The notes beneath the pieces were generated by a model. That model searched no databases. It was not told where the DNA came from and saw only the letters and a program-made list of their open reading frames with translations. Made by a program: the position numbers and the translations under genes. Below are positions 48,834 through 63,328 of a DNA stretch of 64,000 nucleotides, in pieces; position 1 is the first letter of the stretch, and the number at the start of each line of letters is the position of its first letter. This DNA is from Bigelowiella natans CCMP2755 (Eukaryota; Protista; Cercozoa), in NCBI GenBank assembly GCA_000320545.1, contig ADNK01001949.1, positions 54,845-118,844 of the forward strand. The letters run 5' to 3'.

Positions 48834-51502
48834 ATGCATGGGTCCGATGATGGCGACGTTCTTCATGGGTTATCTGAAGATGTAGACCAGGTTTCATTAA
48901 CATCACCTTCTACGGCTGCAGCACCATCGAGAGAAGGTACGAGTACAGCTTCATGGAAATGTTAACGCCTATCTGATTTGCCACGCTTTCGATGACAGAC
49001 TTGTCACTTGTGGCGGATAGTGTTCAGGATCCGATTCCCCAAGAGATAGGTGTTACTAGGGAAGTAGCCCGGTTGCATCGTAATATCTCCGTTGGAAAAG
49101 TGGAAGAAGTGAGAGAGGTGATAGAGGAAGCTCATCTGAAAAGCTAAATCTTCTGGTAATAATGGTGACGTTGTTGTTGTAATACAGCTATTTATGCACA
49201 AGCCAAAATTGGCAGCAGCATGTCTGGAACGAAGCTTCACAGGTAATATAGCAGAACCGCACTCACACGCGTTGTCCCCTCTAATGATCGTCCCATCCGT
49301 ATCTATGCAAGATTCAGCGGAGAACGTGCTTTGGTGGGCTATGGAGTGCAGAGAAAAAGAGGTACACATGAAACAGCGATGTAATCTGTACTCGGCTGTA
49401 GTTTTTGTGATTAGCTGACGACGTTCTTTGCAGATGTTTCCGATGATACTAAATCACGCAATCCTATGGGCTTATAAGAGTAGGAAGTCTTATATAATTT
49501 ATGCATATATATATATATATACAAATAACCGTTGGCGCACTTGTCGCCTAGTTGAGGAGTAGTTTCGAATACACGACACTCTGCCTGATGATACATGTAA
49601 AGTGTGTGTGATGAATGTATCAAAGCGTATCAGATTTGCTGTTCGTTCAGTGTTTTAAGTCTTAACTCGTCTACAGGCGGGGGGGGTGCAGGAGATGAAG
49701 CATTGGAAAGGCTTTCAACCACTGTCTGGAAGGTACAACGGCGAGAACGAAAACATCAATAACCATTATTGATTTAGCCAGAGATTTTTGCGGTGGCGAT
49801 AAGAAACAGAGGAAAGGCATGGACGGCATTGTCTGATTTTCAAAAGCAACGATGTGAATCCAACCATATCACAGATATACACACGAGCATCTAACCTTGG
49901 ATCGTACTATGTCATCGGAGCATTGATATCCAAGTCAGGCATTGTTATTAGATTATGTTCAATGACGATGAAGAATGTCACGAGAGCCGACAAAATGCAG
50001 TGACTATGTTCCCAACACAAACTTGAATATGCATTCTCCGGCAAGTAACGCTTATCATAAAATATCTCTCTGTACAGACTAGGTATCCTATTTTTCACGA
50101 AGGATACTGATGGCGCGAATCCTAAGCCGCCAAAGCAAAGGTGGAAGCTAAAATAGACGCTCAGTGATGTTGGAAGATCTCTTCAATAATCCCCACTCAA
50201 GCGAGCGATTATTCCGATGTGGCTTCTCTCTCCTCCCCCCCCCCCCCCAACCAACTGGGCCCTTTTACTATGCGTACACTACTCGATATCAGGCACACGA
50301 TGATCGGCTTCCAAAATGGCCGATTTCACATTGTAAGGACTCAGATCCCAGGTGCTAATGATAGCAGCACTACCGTCATCGATGGCATGTCTCAGGAGCC
50401 GGATGCGCGTACACGCTCACACTCACTCACCCACCTCATGCCGCTTCTTAGGTTGGCATGAAGGCAAAACTAGGGAAAACAAATACGGGTATTTTTACTA
50501 ACGACAACGACTATCATAAGTGATCGAGACGCCTCTTCTCTCTCAATGCAATATCCCTCTGTGTTTCATCGCCCACATTTATGAGCTGCTCGAGAAGCTG
50601 GAAGTCTCCGTACATTGAGCCCCATCGTGAAAGTGTTTCTGTTTTCAACGTGACTGCTGCTTCATATCCTTGCACGATCACTTGAAATGCACAGTGCCGT
50701 TGTGCTGTAGATTTAGCAAGATATCAGCGATTTGGTGGTATGTGAAGAGACATATTTTTTTCAGTCTTCTTCAGCGGTTTGGGAACCACCATTGGCTGCG
50801 AAATCTTGCTTGGAAAAAGTGGGTTGAATGTGTATCAATGCCCGCTGCATAACGATATAATATTATGGATATGTATATAAAATATATATATATATATATT
50901 TAGATTGATATGTATATATTTATTTCTATACACGCACATACGCGTTCTGGAGAGAATCCTGCATGTTGAAGTGAAATAGATTGACCGAGCGCACACGCGT
51001 ACTGATAACTGTAAAGGGAAAGTGGGGGGAAAAGAAAAACAATGATGAAAATTATCCCGAGACAACAACGATGTGATAACGCTGACGCAACCGACGCTTA
51101 AAAAGCTGCTTCGAGCCTCGTTTCCCCCCTCCTTACGCCGATGCTCCTTTTCGTGTAACATGCACGAATATTCTTTCTTTGGCAGACAATTAGACGGCAG
51201 CTGCTCGGATATGGAAAAGGAGGTGAGAGTTGATATGTGGTGGAATGTGCCCTCCAACACATGCAAATGTATTCAGCAGATGGGATATTGTACTTCTTGC
51301 AGCTGTTGATGTCGTTGGTATCATCGTCGCTTCGGCTACACACACACACACACACACACACGTACACACACTCACACACGTACACAACTAAGATCCGATG
51401 ACCCCCCGGCATCAGGTTATTTTAGGACAACGAGCATACGCTACAGAGGTTATATCCCTGATGAGGAAAGGTATTTAGCTAGCAGGCATTGAATATGCAC
51501 AT

Positions 51503-51567
<65 letters not shown>

Positions 51568-51585
51568 TACATATATGTATTTATG

Positions 51586-51629
<44 letters not shown>

Positions 51630-52485
51630 TTTATGTGTGTATATGCATATACACATAATAACCATATCTCCAGTCCTTCTCTATCTCGCATCTTGAATAA
51701 CAAGAGTAACCCGTGTCTGTCTCTTAGTTAGAACAGCAATGCTAACTCTCACAAGCCCGAGTCGTGTCTTATGTGTTTTTCCGCATCATCATCGTCATCA
51801 TATTGTAGAATTCAAAGGCGATGTCGCATGTGTAGAGTGTACAGCCAGGTGCGCAGCCGTTTCTTTTTCTGTGGTTTTAAGAAAGGAGGGGGGGGGGGGG
51901 GGGGGGATGAAGGGAGAGAGAGAAAATGTTCATAATCATAAAATATCATGCTTGTAGTAATTCCATTATGGGTCGCATTCTTTTGCCTTATTTCGATTCT
52001 ACAATGTTTCTCAGCTACCTTTTATTTTTGGACGTTTTTCCCAAGTTGAGCAGGGACCACCAAAGAAAGTCAGGCCATATGATATGATACAAACACAAAA
52101 CCGCGATTTTAAGTGAGGTTGCAGCTTAAACTCCGCTAGAAAATCTCGGCATTGTTGGCGAGTGTGCTGTTTCGTCAGTGAATCCGTGCAAATACCCAAA
52201 TAACGCATGTTTCTGTGGTCAGTTTGAACAAGAAAAAACGTCAACGCGCAAGGAAGAAAAAGAAGAAAAAGATCTTACTCATGGCTGGAGGGTTCTAGGA
52301 AAGATCGTTACGTAAAATGAAACATTGAAAGCCGAGCAGCACCTGTGATGGGCGCTGCTGAATGATGACAAGGACATGCGAGTACTTCGCGCTTTGCCCG
52401 CAAGAGGCTTGGCTTGCCTAAGTTTGTCCCATCGAATGAGCACGTGTTTTGGTGTTCTTTTGTCTTTCGCACCATGTGCGGATGG

Positions 52486-52524
<39 letters not shown>

Positions 52525-52600
52525 GTGTAGCAAGATCGTGTGGAATGCCTTAATCCAATATCATTCGAGCGCTTACCGCCTCACCAACCGCGAGCTCTAT
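48834..52600 (+). CDS. Hypothetical multi-exon gene, function not recognised
   Basis: Series of AG-exon-GT blocks (MHGSDDGDVLHGLSEDVDQ; ~49254-49361; ~49677-49732; ~51186-51221) separated by microsatellite introns. No motif recognised and frame not fully resolved. Confidence 0.4.
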
Positions 52601-52771
52601 CTAGCTATGCTGCACAGTGTGCGTGCACACGCACAGCGCATGATGCAAGCGCCCTGTTATACTGCCTGTGTTTTCTAATGATAAACACAACATGGTCATG
52701 TATAGATATATGTGTTGTGGCACATTTTGAAAGTCACAGAAGTCAAGCCGTGCGCTGCTGACGGCTATGTA

Positions 52772-52814
<43 letters not shown>

Positions 52815-52829
52815 GTGATAAGGTATGAA

Positions 52830-53460
52830 TGCAGTTATTTTGCAACCACAATGTCATCACTATATGTCACTGGCTAGCTGGGCTCTTATAACTAGCATAG
52901 ATAACTCTAGAACTCTTGCGGTACCAACGCACTGCATGCAATAGATTCAAGTCATATTGCGTGCTAGCTAGCTAGCTAGCTGCGCACACTAGCTCGTAGC
53001 ATGCTAGCATGTTGCTGTGCTCTTTGCATGTCCATGCATCTAAATAATTTTACTTGTCTTTCTAATATTTGTAGTGCATTCTAGCATTGTCAAAAATGAG
53101 ATCATTGCATGTACAACTAGACAAGCATTATTTGTTGGGCGCGCTTCGCAGCAAAGGCATGTACCAGTGTACGTAGCTATACACGATCAATAGCGATGTT
53201 GTGGTGCGAGCACATCCATGCTAATTCATATGCTATAGTGCTAGCTCTAGAGCTAGCTAGCGTACTGAGAAAGCAGACCTTCATTTGCAGCACGTAAGGC
53301 AGGAACGGCATGCCAGCTAGATTGCAACAATATAATTGCAACCAGCAGCATACACGACTGCCGCACACTAGCACAACAAGCGTAGACGAATGAAGCATGC
53401 CGTGCTGTAAGCGCTCGATCTTCAATGCGGTATGCTAGCATGTGCTAGTATCAAGCATAC
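52830..53460. other. CTAG-rich intergenic island (weaker TpA loss)
   Basis: gtgctagctagctagctagctg, gctagctctagagctagctagcg; lies between convergent 3' ends. Confidence 0.6.
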
Positions 53461-53495
53461 GACACGATTTATATCTTTCATTTTATTTTTCACTG

Positions 53496-53728
53496 CTACG
53501 GACATGGATAGACATAATTTGCCGTAACGCTGCGGTTATTCGTGCTATCCCATGCCCCCTTCCCCTCTCGCAGGTTTTGTAGCGTAGTGGCCATGTGCGT
53601 CTGACGCATGATTGGGCAGGGAACAGAGAAAAAGCAAAAAATGAAAGGGGCGAGAATGAGATAGATACCAATGAACTCAATCGCAATAGGAGGGACAAGA
53701 ATCATTGTATAAACCACACTTGTTATCC

Positions 53729-53780
<52 letters not shown>

Positions 53781-53952
53781 CATATAATACAGAAACTGAC
53801 ACCAGCACTATTTTCCATATTTTGGTAGCAGAGTCGTATGAATGCCAAAACGAATAACAAAACACCTTCATTCGAACAGGGGTGTATCTGGGAGGCGAAT
53901 CCTGAGTACGGAGTAGTTATAAAACACACTTAAGTTATGATGAATCTGCCCA

Positions 53953-53990
<38 letters not shown>

Positions 53991-54448
53991 ACTAGCTTGC
54001 TCGCAGTACATCCGAAACGAATTCCTTCATTGGCTCGATGAGCGTCTCCGGATGAACGGCGTTGAATCGAATGATAGACCGGCGAGAATGCCTTCACGAT
54101 TGATGACGATGAAGATGATGATGATGATGACGATGGCAATGATGATGGTGATAAGCTTTATGCGAAATTGGAGGAAAAACTTCAAAGCAAACGAAGTCTC
54201 CATCCATACTCATTGATGTACACGTATAAACACACAATTTGTTTGTCTCCCCCCCCCGGTCTAGATGTTTGCTGCGTGCGTTTGCCAAAACGATGGACTT
54301 ACTGCGTGTTCACCACCCTGTGCGGGGTAGCTTTGAGGACGCCATTTGTAAACCTAAGGCACATGTGAAATAAGTAGATAATCGACGATTAAGTTAACGA
54401 TGAAGGTACGTTTCCAACCTCTCTTCTCTGCATTGATATCATAGTAAT

Positions 54449-54519
<71 letters not shown>

Positions 54520-56262
54520 TCTATCGTCATTGCCTTTCCAACACGTCTCCGACGATGACAACGAAGCCATCAGGCCGCACAGGAGCATCCACCCAGCTAT
54601 TAAAAAAAAAAACGTCAAACCACAGCACCAACAACACGTACATTGCAGATCACAACCAGCAGGACAATGGGCGACTTATGACGATTTGTCCTCTTCATGA
54701 ACCCCCCCCCCCCCCCCTTTTACACTCATAAATGCCCTGCGCTTTCATCATCTTTACGAAGCAAATCTTTGAATTTGATTCAGATAAAAAAGTAATATTC
54801 AGAGCTAATCTCATCGGATGATTTGATTTTCATGAGCAAGCGATCTTGGAACACCAAGATATCGGAGCCCCCCCCCCCCCCCTCCTGCCCCCTTTATATA
54901 TTTCCTACTCTTCTACTAAACCTGCTGGAGTCTCCCGGAGGAAGAAATTGCAGTCCCGCTGCGTCTTGATGCATTAACGTGAAAAGCTCGAAATCTGTGT
55001 GTGCTGAAATACCACGGTTGGCCTTCGTGGCCGCCTCCTCGTTTTTTGCCCCAGGGTAGTGCAAGAGACTGGAAGTGCGCAATAAACCGCATCAGCGTCG
55101 CTAGTATGTCAAAGCAGTGGCGAGCTCGGTGACAAGGCGATGGTCAATATTGCTCGTTGGGGCATCGAAGATATAAGGATATATATGCAAGCCGTAAAAG
55201 CCATAAAAACCAGAAAAGACAGAAAAGACAGAAAGACGGCCCACCGGAGCGTTCCCATTTCGCATCCTCGGAAGTGTCTCGAGAAGGCGTCGATCGGCAG
55301 CTCCAGCATCTTGGCAAATGCCCCCATGAGTATCGCTCCTAGCTTATTCTGCCGCTCATAGAGTCCGTCGAGGTACACTGCGAAAGCAGGTGTGATGACG
55401 GCTTCGTCGGGGTAGATGGCCTTCTTTTCGCGGAACTGCACTCGCTCATAATCCCAACCGCGGACGGAAGAAATGGTGCCGGGTTCGTACGACATCTCCG
55501 AGTGCTCCACTCCAAGATCTAAGCCTGACAGTAGCAGCAGCAGCAGCAGCGGCAGCGGCAACGATGATTGGCGAAACTGATGCGTTGGATGAAATGTGCT
55601 TGCTCGTAGCAGGTCTGCGAGGCCATTTACAGTTGGTCAAGGTCAAAGTTATGCATATTACATTTTACATACCGGAGTAAGTTCCTAACGGCTCGAGGAA
55701 CTTCCGCTTGACGGCATTCGGAAGGCTGTGTAGTCTATCGTGATAAGCGTACACCTGCTCTATGTAGCTTTCCGGCAGAAAATCGATATTTGAGGTGTAG
55801 AAATATCCCTTCGTGGTCAATGCCGCTCTCATTTCCCCAAGCAGTTTCTTCTCCTTCGCGCTTTCACCAAAAGCTTTATCCCTGATCCGCCACAATTTTG
55901 ATCGAGGTTGCAATCGGAAGATTGAGGGGGGGGGTGGAGGGGAAGGGTCTACCCGAATGTCTGCGATAGGATCGAACAGTCTAGAACAGGATGCTCCCAT
56001 GTGGTGATCTGATATGGAAAATCAATGGAAGCATAAACTGGCACGGTGAGGCAGAACACCACCATTCCAGCAACATGAAGCTCGCACGTACCAGTCTTGC
56101 ACAGTTTCGTTGTCGAAGGGCTTTCGTGAGGCAAGGCCGGAACGCCCTGAGGAACAACCAAGGTTTTTCATCGATTCATATCCCAGGACACCGCCAGCGC
56201 TGCACCCTGAAGAAGTACCTCCACGGCCGAGCTGGAAGAGCCCGGACTGAGAGGGAAGCCAT
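53496..56262 (-). CDS. 2-oxoglutarate/Fe(II)-dependent oxygenase (IPNS/DIOX-like), multi-exon, Arg-rich N-terminal leader
   Basis: HPVLDCSIL, ALTTKGYFY, LR|LLHYPG, ISAHTDFELFTLMHQDAAGLQ (HxD), WVDAPVRPDGFVVIVGDVLER|FTNGVLKATPHRVVN (distal His), RLSIIRF (RxS); stop at 53496. Confidence 0.9.
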
Positions 56263-56516
56263 TCCCAGCCGCTGATAGAAAGTGGATGTTTTTGGGTAAA
56301 AATCTCTCCTGGAGATTCCCTCGAGATTACCGGGAACCGGGATTTCCCCCGGTTTTTTTGGTGACTCGAGATTCCCTCGAGATTAATCCCTCTCCTCCTC
56401 TCTCCGATGTTCATCCGAGACTGATCACATCATCGCACGTGTTCAGTTTCCGTTGCAGTTACCCCTACGCGTAAGATCGCATCGCTCCTACACAAGCCCT
56501 TGCTGCCTTGCGAGCC

Positions 56517-58597
56517 ATGGCTGCGTCAGAGATCGGTCCCAACACTCTCCCCCCGTCCCAAATCCCTTCCCTGAAAGTGATGCTTTTGGGTTGGGGGGGG
56601 TATTTGGGCTGTGTTCAATGGAGTCTCTGGTTGTTCCTTATGTGTTCGTTTTCGTGTCTCTGCAAGAAATAAGCATTGAGAGAGGGGATGCCAAAACCCT
56701 GGAGCTTAAAGTCAATCCTGCTCATATGGTGGGTTACTCTTCATCTAGATAACTTTTAATGAAACGTATACTTTCGGTACACATTCTCTTCTCACGATTA
56801 TACAGCATACTTTCATATTATACAGCATACTTTCATAAAAAATACATTGAAAAGCATTGTTTAGCAATACGATTTTATACATACAAACTGACCTCCTTGC
56901 CCCCCCAGGTGAAAATGGTCAAGAGAAAGGTCGCACGCGCGCCGCAAAAGCATGCGTATTTGCACGTTAAATGTGTATGGGTAGAGTAAATTGTAGCACA
57001 AGAACAGTCGGCGACTTTGCTGCAATTCCAGAATTCGATTACGCTATCACCACCACGCTGTGGTGTCTAATGATACGATCATTTTCCCCCATCTCCACTC
57101 TTTTCCGACTTATCGCCCAGATTTTTTCGATGACCAATATTCCAATCTCGGAACAAAATCTCTCCTTTCGCGGCGAGGTCGGTCAACGAAGTGACGACGA
57201 TCACTTATAGTATAGCACAGAGGAGAAACAGTACTTGTTAAGCTTAAACTTCCATGAAATACTATTCGAAATTCTGATTTTTTTTGTGTTGATTGGCAAC
57301 GAGACATTATTTACTTACTCGCGTTGTTGTTAAAAGCGCCGCAAGTAGGATGTGCACACCTTAGCTTAGTTTGCATTTGCATTAGATTCTGCCCGACTTT
57401 CACGCGTTAAAAGACTTAGGAATTATTGCTTCAGCTACGTTCAAGTAAGCACTGTCAGAAACACAAAAAGAGCTCTGGTTCTACAGGCTTGTGTTGTATT
57501 TTTTGTGTGTAATGTATGTTTGCTGTTGTCTGTGTGCGCGCGCGCGTGTGTGTGTGTGTGTGTGTGTTTATGCAATGTTTCTCTTCTTTTATTTTCAGAT
57601 TATCTACTTCATCTAAATCAACGGACAGCGGTGCGTTACATGAGAGTTGAAAACTGCACTTAATATATCGATACATATTTTTATATTTTCGGGCATCGAT
57701 TGCTCCCAAAAACATCAGCCACCGAGGGTGCTGGCATGCGTTAATTCCCAATAGGATAGTACGCCAGTTTTGTACAATTGCACGACACCTAACTTCATGC
57801 TCGTTTAAAAGAGGGAGAAGAACAAAAGGGAGATGTGGATCAAGAGCCGGAGGGGGGGGTACAACCTTCCATTAAGTGGAGCCTACACCTAAACAACACT
57901 CAATGCACAACATAGCGATCGAAAGACAGAAAGAGAAGCTATCATACGTCCACTTATAGGCACAATTTTCTAACTGCAAGTTGGCGATATCTAATTATGC
58001 CTTTGCGCAAAATCGGTTCTTCTATTTATCTGATATGCTGTAGATGATACCCAAAGACAAAGAAGAGAAGCAGAAATACGTCAAGAAGGTATATCCAAAT
58101 TTCACCACAAGTGCTGGAAACTTTGCGTTGGCGTTCGCTGTTTCTTCAAAATATATGGTTCGTGTTCTGCCTTCAAGTCGCAACATTATTCCTCATTCCA
58201 TAGAAAATCGTAGAGGACCAAATCGCTTGCTTCAGTCTCATTGAGCAACTTGCAACGTGAGAACTACTAAAAAAACACCAAGGCGCTATCATTACATGGA
58301 TTTACATGCACAACGATAACGTGGAAGAGAGCGATTTTCAACGTTTCGAGCCTTCGATGATAACGCATTACTGGATGAATATGTCTGCAGATCTCAAAAT
58401 TTATTATTACTAATTTCTTCTTTGTATTTTTCTCTTTCAGAGATTTGGCCAGAAATCGGGAGAATCAGGTATAGACGCCCCTTTTTGTTTCTTCAGATTA
58501 CTTTGTTAGCTCCTTCTAAGACTTTTTCACCTAGGATAATGACGAAGACGACGACGAGGATGAGGATGAGGATGAAGACGGAGAAGAATCAAATTAG
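56517..58597 (+). CDS. Small protein with N-terminal ubiquitin-like domain and acidic tail, multi-exon
   Basis: EISIERGDAKTLELK | VKMVKRK | IFSMTNIPISEQNLSFRGE | ILPDFHALKDLGII follows the UBL pattern (IPxxxQxLxFxGxxL.D...L.D.GI). Last exon DNDEDDDEDEDEDEDGEESN, stop 58595-58597. Confidence 0.65.
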
Positions 58598-58679
58598 GAA
58601 ATAAGAGAGCGTTACGGAGATGAATCAAATTTGAAATGCAAGGGCATGAATAGAACGGGTAGAACATTGTGAGCATCGT

Positions 58680-60880
58680 CAGTTATTCGCAATAGTAGCT
58701 CTTGCACATCATCTGTCATAACTTCTTCGCATGCATTTTGGCCAAATGAACACACACAAGTTTCAACAACCATTGCAGATGGATCTTGGCTGTCACTGCA
58801 CCGTCAAGTTTGTGTTCGTGACAGCTAATATTTGTGCTGTCGTCATCATGCAACATCCTTTCCATGCTAGCATGCATGCGATCTAGCATTAGCGCGTCAC
58901 GCAAAATCTCTAGATCTAGAGCATGCATGCAAGTTGAGCAGTGACTGCATCCGTTGATTCTTGCATGTCATGCATGCACATCGCTCCGCGTGAGCCTGGG
59001 GGTGGGGTCCACAGGACCCGCAGATCGAGCGATCACATCGCGGAGTCAGAAATCAGTGAATGATTTGTGGAACCGCCGACTCGCGCAAAATCTCTAGATC
59101 TAGAGCATGCATGCAAGATGAGCAGCTCTAGATCACGACAATGCAGCATGCAGGGATCACCATTTTGTGATTTTGATGCGGCGGACAAGGAAGAGATGAA
59201 GCGTCAAAACGCAAGTGTCAACGATGGCCATCTGCTTTGCGCAAATGCGCGTAGCATGCAACGAACTAGAATTCACAATGACAAAATGCTTTCGCATGTC
59301 CAGCTAGCGAGGTCCAACAAAAGTCATTCGCGCGAGAGCAATCACACAATTCCTCATGCAACATGCATCATCATTCGATCCGCCTCATTTGTGTCATTTT
59401 TTTACATTTTCCCTACTCTTGCATCACGGCGGCATGGGTAGTGCTAGGGTGCAAGTGGCGAACACTTGCTTGAACACCCGCATGATCGAACAACTCGTTG
59501 CCCATGTGTTCGTTTTCATCACTGGCCATTGGACCATGATCACGACAAGTGAGAAATTGATGAACATTGAACATTGAATTGAGATTGAACATTGCACGCT
59601 GAACATCGCATCGATGCAAACACCACTAATGTGGAAGATCAGAACCACAGAATCACACATAAAACCAGCATTTCTAGCGTTTGCGGTCACAGTAGCGTCT
59701 TTGGCCTGCGATGCCAGCCAGCACCAGTGCAATGACGGAAAATCGTTGCGAGAATTCGTCAACATCTTGCGATCTTGCGCCAATGCTCTCTGGCGCTGGT
59801 CGTGTTGGTTGCCCAATGCAAGAGCTAGCTAGCTGCGTGCGCAGGCAGTTTGCTAAAAGTTTGGTGGATCAGTTGAAGGACGCGCAGCAGCACGCACGTG
59901 CAGCACTTTGGCGGCGAGACGGAACACCAGCTCGGTTGATTTCTGTCAGTCTGGACAGCATCCCACTTCTGGAACCCTGAGCAGGCAAATGCTTGTTTTT
60001 GGACGTCGCAGCTTGTTCCAGTTTCTTCAATCCCAAAAAAGTGTTCTGGTGTGATGTCGGGCAAGGAGGAGACGCACTTTGGCCCAGAACCACGTCGATC
60101 CTCAGACCCAGCGTGGCTTGCAAGTGCGCAAGGCTGCATTGCGCAATGTGAGCATTTTGTGCGCACTGACTGACACGTCTCGATCAAACCTGCAACAAAT
60201 GCGCACTTTTTGGGACAACTTTTGATCCAGAGCACTTTGCGCAACGCGCAGCGACGGGAACACCCCCAGCTAGCTGGATCAATTTGGCTGGAACAATCAC
60301 ATTGGTAGACGTGTCGACGCGCACGCCAGACGTGGTGAGCTGTGCATGTCACGACCGATCAAACCCGGTGACACGAGCATGGCGCACGATTGATTGCTTG
60401 GCAGCTCGGGCCGCGCGGCCGCGCCCCCCGGACGCATGGGTGTCTGGCAAGCTGCCTGCGCTTTTGTGGCTCGCGCAAGAACCACGTCGATCCTCAGACC
60501 CAGCGTGGCTTGCAAGTGCGCAAGGCTGCTTGCAGCTCACGTTGTTGCAATTTGTCATTGAATTGATGAACGTGTGAATGAAGGAACTCCACAGGAGCTG
60601 GTGAAAGGATCACAGGCCACGCTGCCTCATTGAGCATTGAACATTGAACACCAAACTGAGCAAGAACCATCCATGATGCCTTAGTCAACCCATGAACAAT
60701 GAACAATGAACAATGAACAATGATGGAAAACTGCATCTCCAACAAGAAAGTGTGACATGAACAATGAACAATGAACAATGAACAATGAACAATGAACAAA
60801 GCATTGATCGCATGCGCCAGAACCACACGGCATGACACTTGCAGTCAACCATTGGGCATCGCTGAGAAAGAGTTGCTCTA
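58680..60880. mobile_element. TpA-depleted decayed repeat or TE remnant with internal duplications and (TGAACAA)n arrays
   Basis: TpA rare and mostly CTAG; Cys/His-rich overlapping ORFs; exact duplications 58900-58933/59084-59117 and 60086-60137/60478-60529; TGAACAA tandems ~60693-60798. Family not identified. Confidence 0.55.
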
Positions 60881-61049
60881 ACAACAGATTTTTTTCTGGT
60901 GATTTTGGCTAAAAACTCCGCGATTCCGAATGATCAATCCCATCATCCACAATCTCCTGACATTTTCATTCGTTGTGTTCGAAATCCAGGGCCTTTTACC
61001 GGTAGTCGTTTTAGAAATGCATCGTGCATTTTGTTGTCGCACTTCGGAA

Positions 61050-62903
61050 ATGGATGTGCACCTGCCTCGGCAGCTCAAAACCCAACTCCTCTCTCCCCTC
61101 GGAATGATGCCCCGCGCCTTCCGGAGTAGGGCGCTCCCGCTCATCTGTGGGAGAGATGAGAGGGGAGAGTCTATTGTGAAGGGATTTTCCTTAGCCCTTC
61201 TCTCTTCGCAGAGAAGATCGCGGTCGTCGAGGTACAATCAATTGTTTCCCCCCCTCCTCCTCCTTCACAAATCAGTAACAACAACTCAGTGGTGCCATCG
61301 TGATGTGTTTAGTGCACCCTCCTTCAATGGGAGTCCATCGTTAGCATCGATCAAAGAATCTTTGGAACGAAATGCTTTGCTGTTCCCCAATAAGGTGTCC
61401 ATGAAATGTGGAAGAGAGCGCGCTGAAAGTACGTTCGCACTAACCACTGCTTCATCTCGCGCACACACAAACAGGTTGCAGTTTCAGACGGGCGGATTAA
61501 ACTAACCAATACCGAATTATTCGAACGATCGTTGCACCTCGCAAGGCTTTTTCGCGAACACTTCCGGTAAGTGCACACACTCTCTCCCTCGTCGCGATGA
61601 AAATGGCTACAATGACATAAACGGCGTGGTCGGCGTTATAGGCTCGAAGCTGGCGCTCACGTTTCATTCGCGTCGTCAAACCGATCAGAGTGCATCGAGG
61701 TAAGCCCAAAAACATATCTATCTGAGCCGCATGGATTAGAGCGCACATGCAGCCATCCAGAAGCACATCGCCTGACTACAGAATCTCCCGCTAATTGCCA
61801 CCGTGGCTTTCAGGATAATGATGATGATGATGATGATGATGATGTTTTGCCCAGGTGTATGCAGCATGTGGAATGGCAGGGGTTGTCTGTGCACCGGTCA
61901 ACTGCGTCTTGGAAGTGAGTCCGAATGCAAGCAGTGTAACAAATGCTCGCCGTATGTGATTGTGATTCTAATGGTTACTGGCAAATTAAGGCACCAGTTC
62001 TCTGCCCTCCTGCGTTTGTAAGGAGGAAATAAACACTAATTCTTACCTCCTTCTTCTATGCAGGAGAAAGAGATGAGCGCTGTATTTTCAAACTCAAAAC
62101 CAAAGGTAGAAGATCGACTCCTTCTATACGCACCTCTAATTCCGCACATCAAATGCTGGTTTTTGGTGTGTGTTTCTGCTGTGTATTTGGTAACATCGCA
62201 TATTAGCATCGCATATTGGTGTAAATTGATAAATGCCATATCCGAGTACACAAGAGCAAGCACACACACTCACATTCGTAAAAAACAAACGTGTTGTGTA
62301 GGTCGTTTTTGTGGAGGAATCATTGCTGGAAAAGGTATGCAAAGCGTTGAGAATCTCCAGCTTAAAACACATCAAAGCTGCTCCTTTTGGAAGACATCGT
62401 ACGTGCGATCCTTCTCACACTTAATCATGGGGCGACATGGCGCAATATACGAATACGAAGCCATACTCTCATGCATCACGCATGCCACTTTCTAGATAAT
62501 CTGACCTTCTTACCTTCTCAGTTTATTCATCACCCGTGCTTTTACCTGCACCCTGACTGCCCCCCTCCCCCCCCCCTGCCCCTCTTTATTTGCTCGTTAC
62601 ATATTCGCACTTGGCCAACAAAGAGGTCGGAGGAGCGGATACAGAAGTTATCGTATGGGGGGATCAATACCAAAGCTTAATGGCTATTTCTCGCCACGAT
62701 GACGATTGCAGTGAAGAGGGCGATTGTGCTCGCAACGTCGGTGGAGAGCAAGTTGGAACTTCTACATGCACCGATGTCGCTCTTAAGGATAGGATATGTG
62801 ATCTCGATGAGTCTTGGTTGTGTCTCCATTCGAGCGGGTAAACAGGAGCTGAACGCGCTCGGCCCTTTCCACTCTGCGAGCGAGAGAAAGATGAAGAAAT
62901 ATC

Positions 62904-62946
<43 letters not shown>

Positions 62947-63297
62947 GACAAAATACCTAAATAAACATCATTAGATATATAGGAAGTGCCAAAGCTGTGG
63001 GTGTACTTGTGTTATACACATCTTTCTAATGAGTTATGTACAAGGAAATCGCATCGATCCTTCAATGTGCATTCTCACGTATATTTCACGTTATATCATG
63101 TGTTGTGTCGTTGCAGCACTACAGGTGCGCCCAAAGGCGTTCTTCGATCGCAACGGTACACAATGACGATTTTTGCTGCTGACTTAGAGGAAACTCGCAC
63201 AAAACCGCAAAGCTACAGTTTCAATGCGTAGTTAAATGCATAGAATAACTTCGGTTTAATGCCAGGAGTAAGAAAAGGAAGAGGAATGGACGTTATG

Positions 63298-63328
<31 letters not shown>

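Noticed and set aside
53496-56262. 2OG-Fe(II) oxygenase as a DNA-modifying enzyme linked to the mutation signature
   Set aside because: Its motifs are of the small-molecule IPNS/DIOX type rather than AlkB or TET/JBP, and the leader looks organellar; proximity alone is not evidence.
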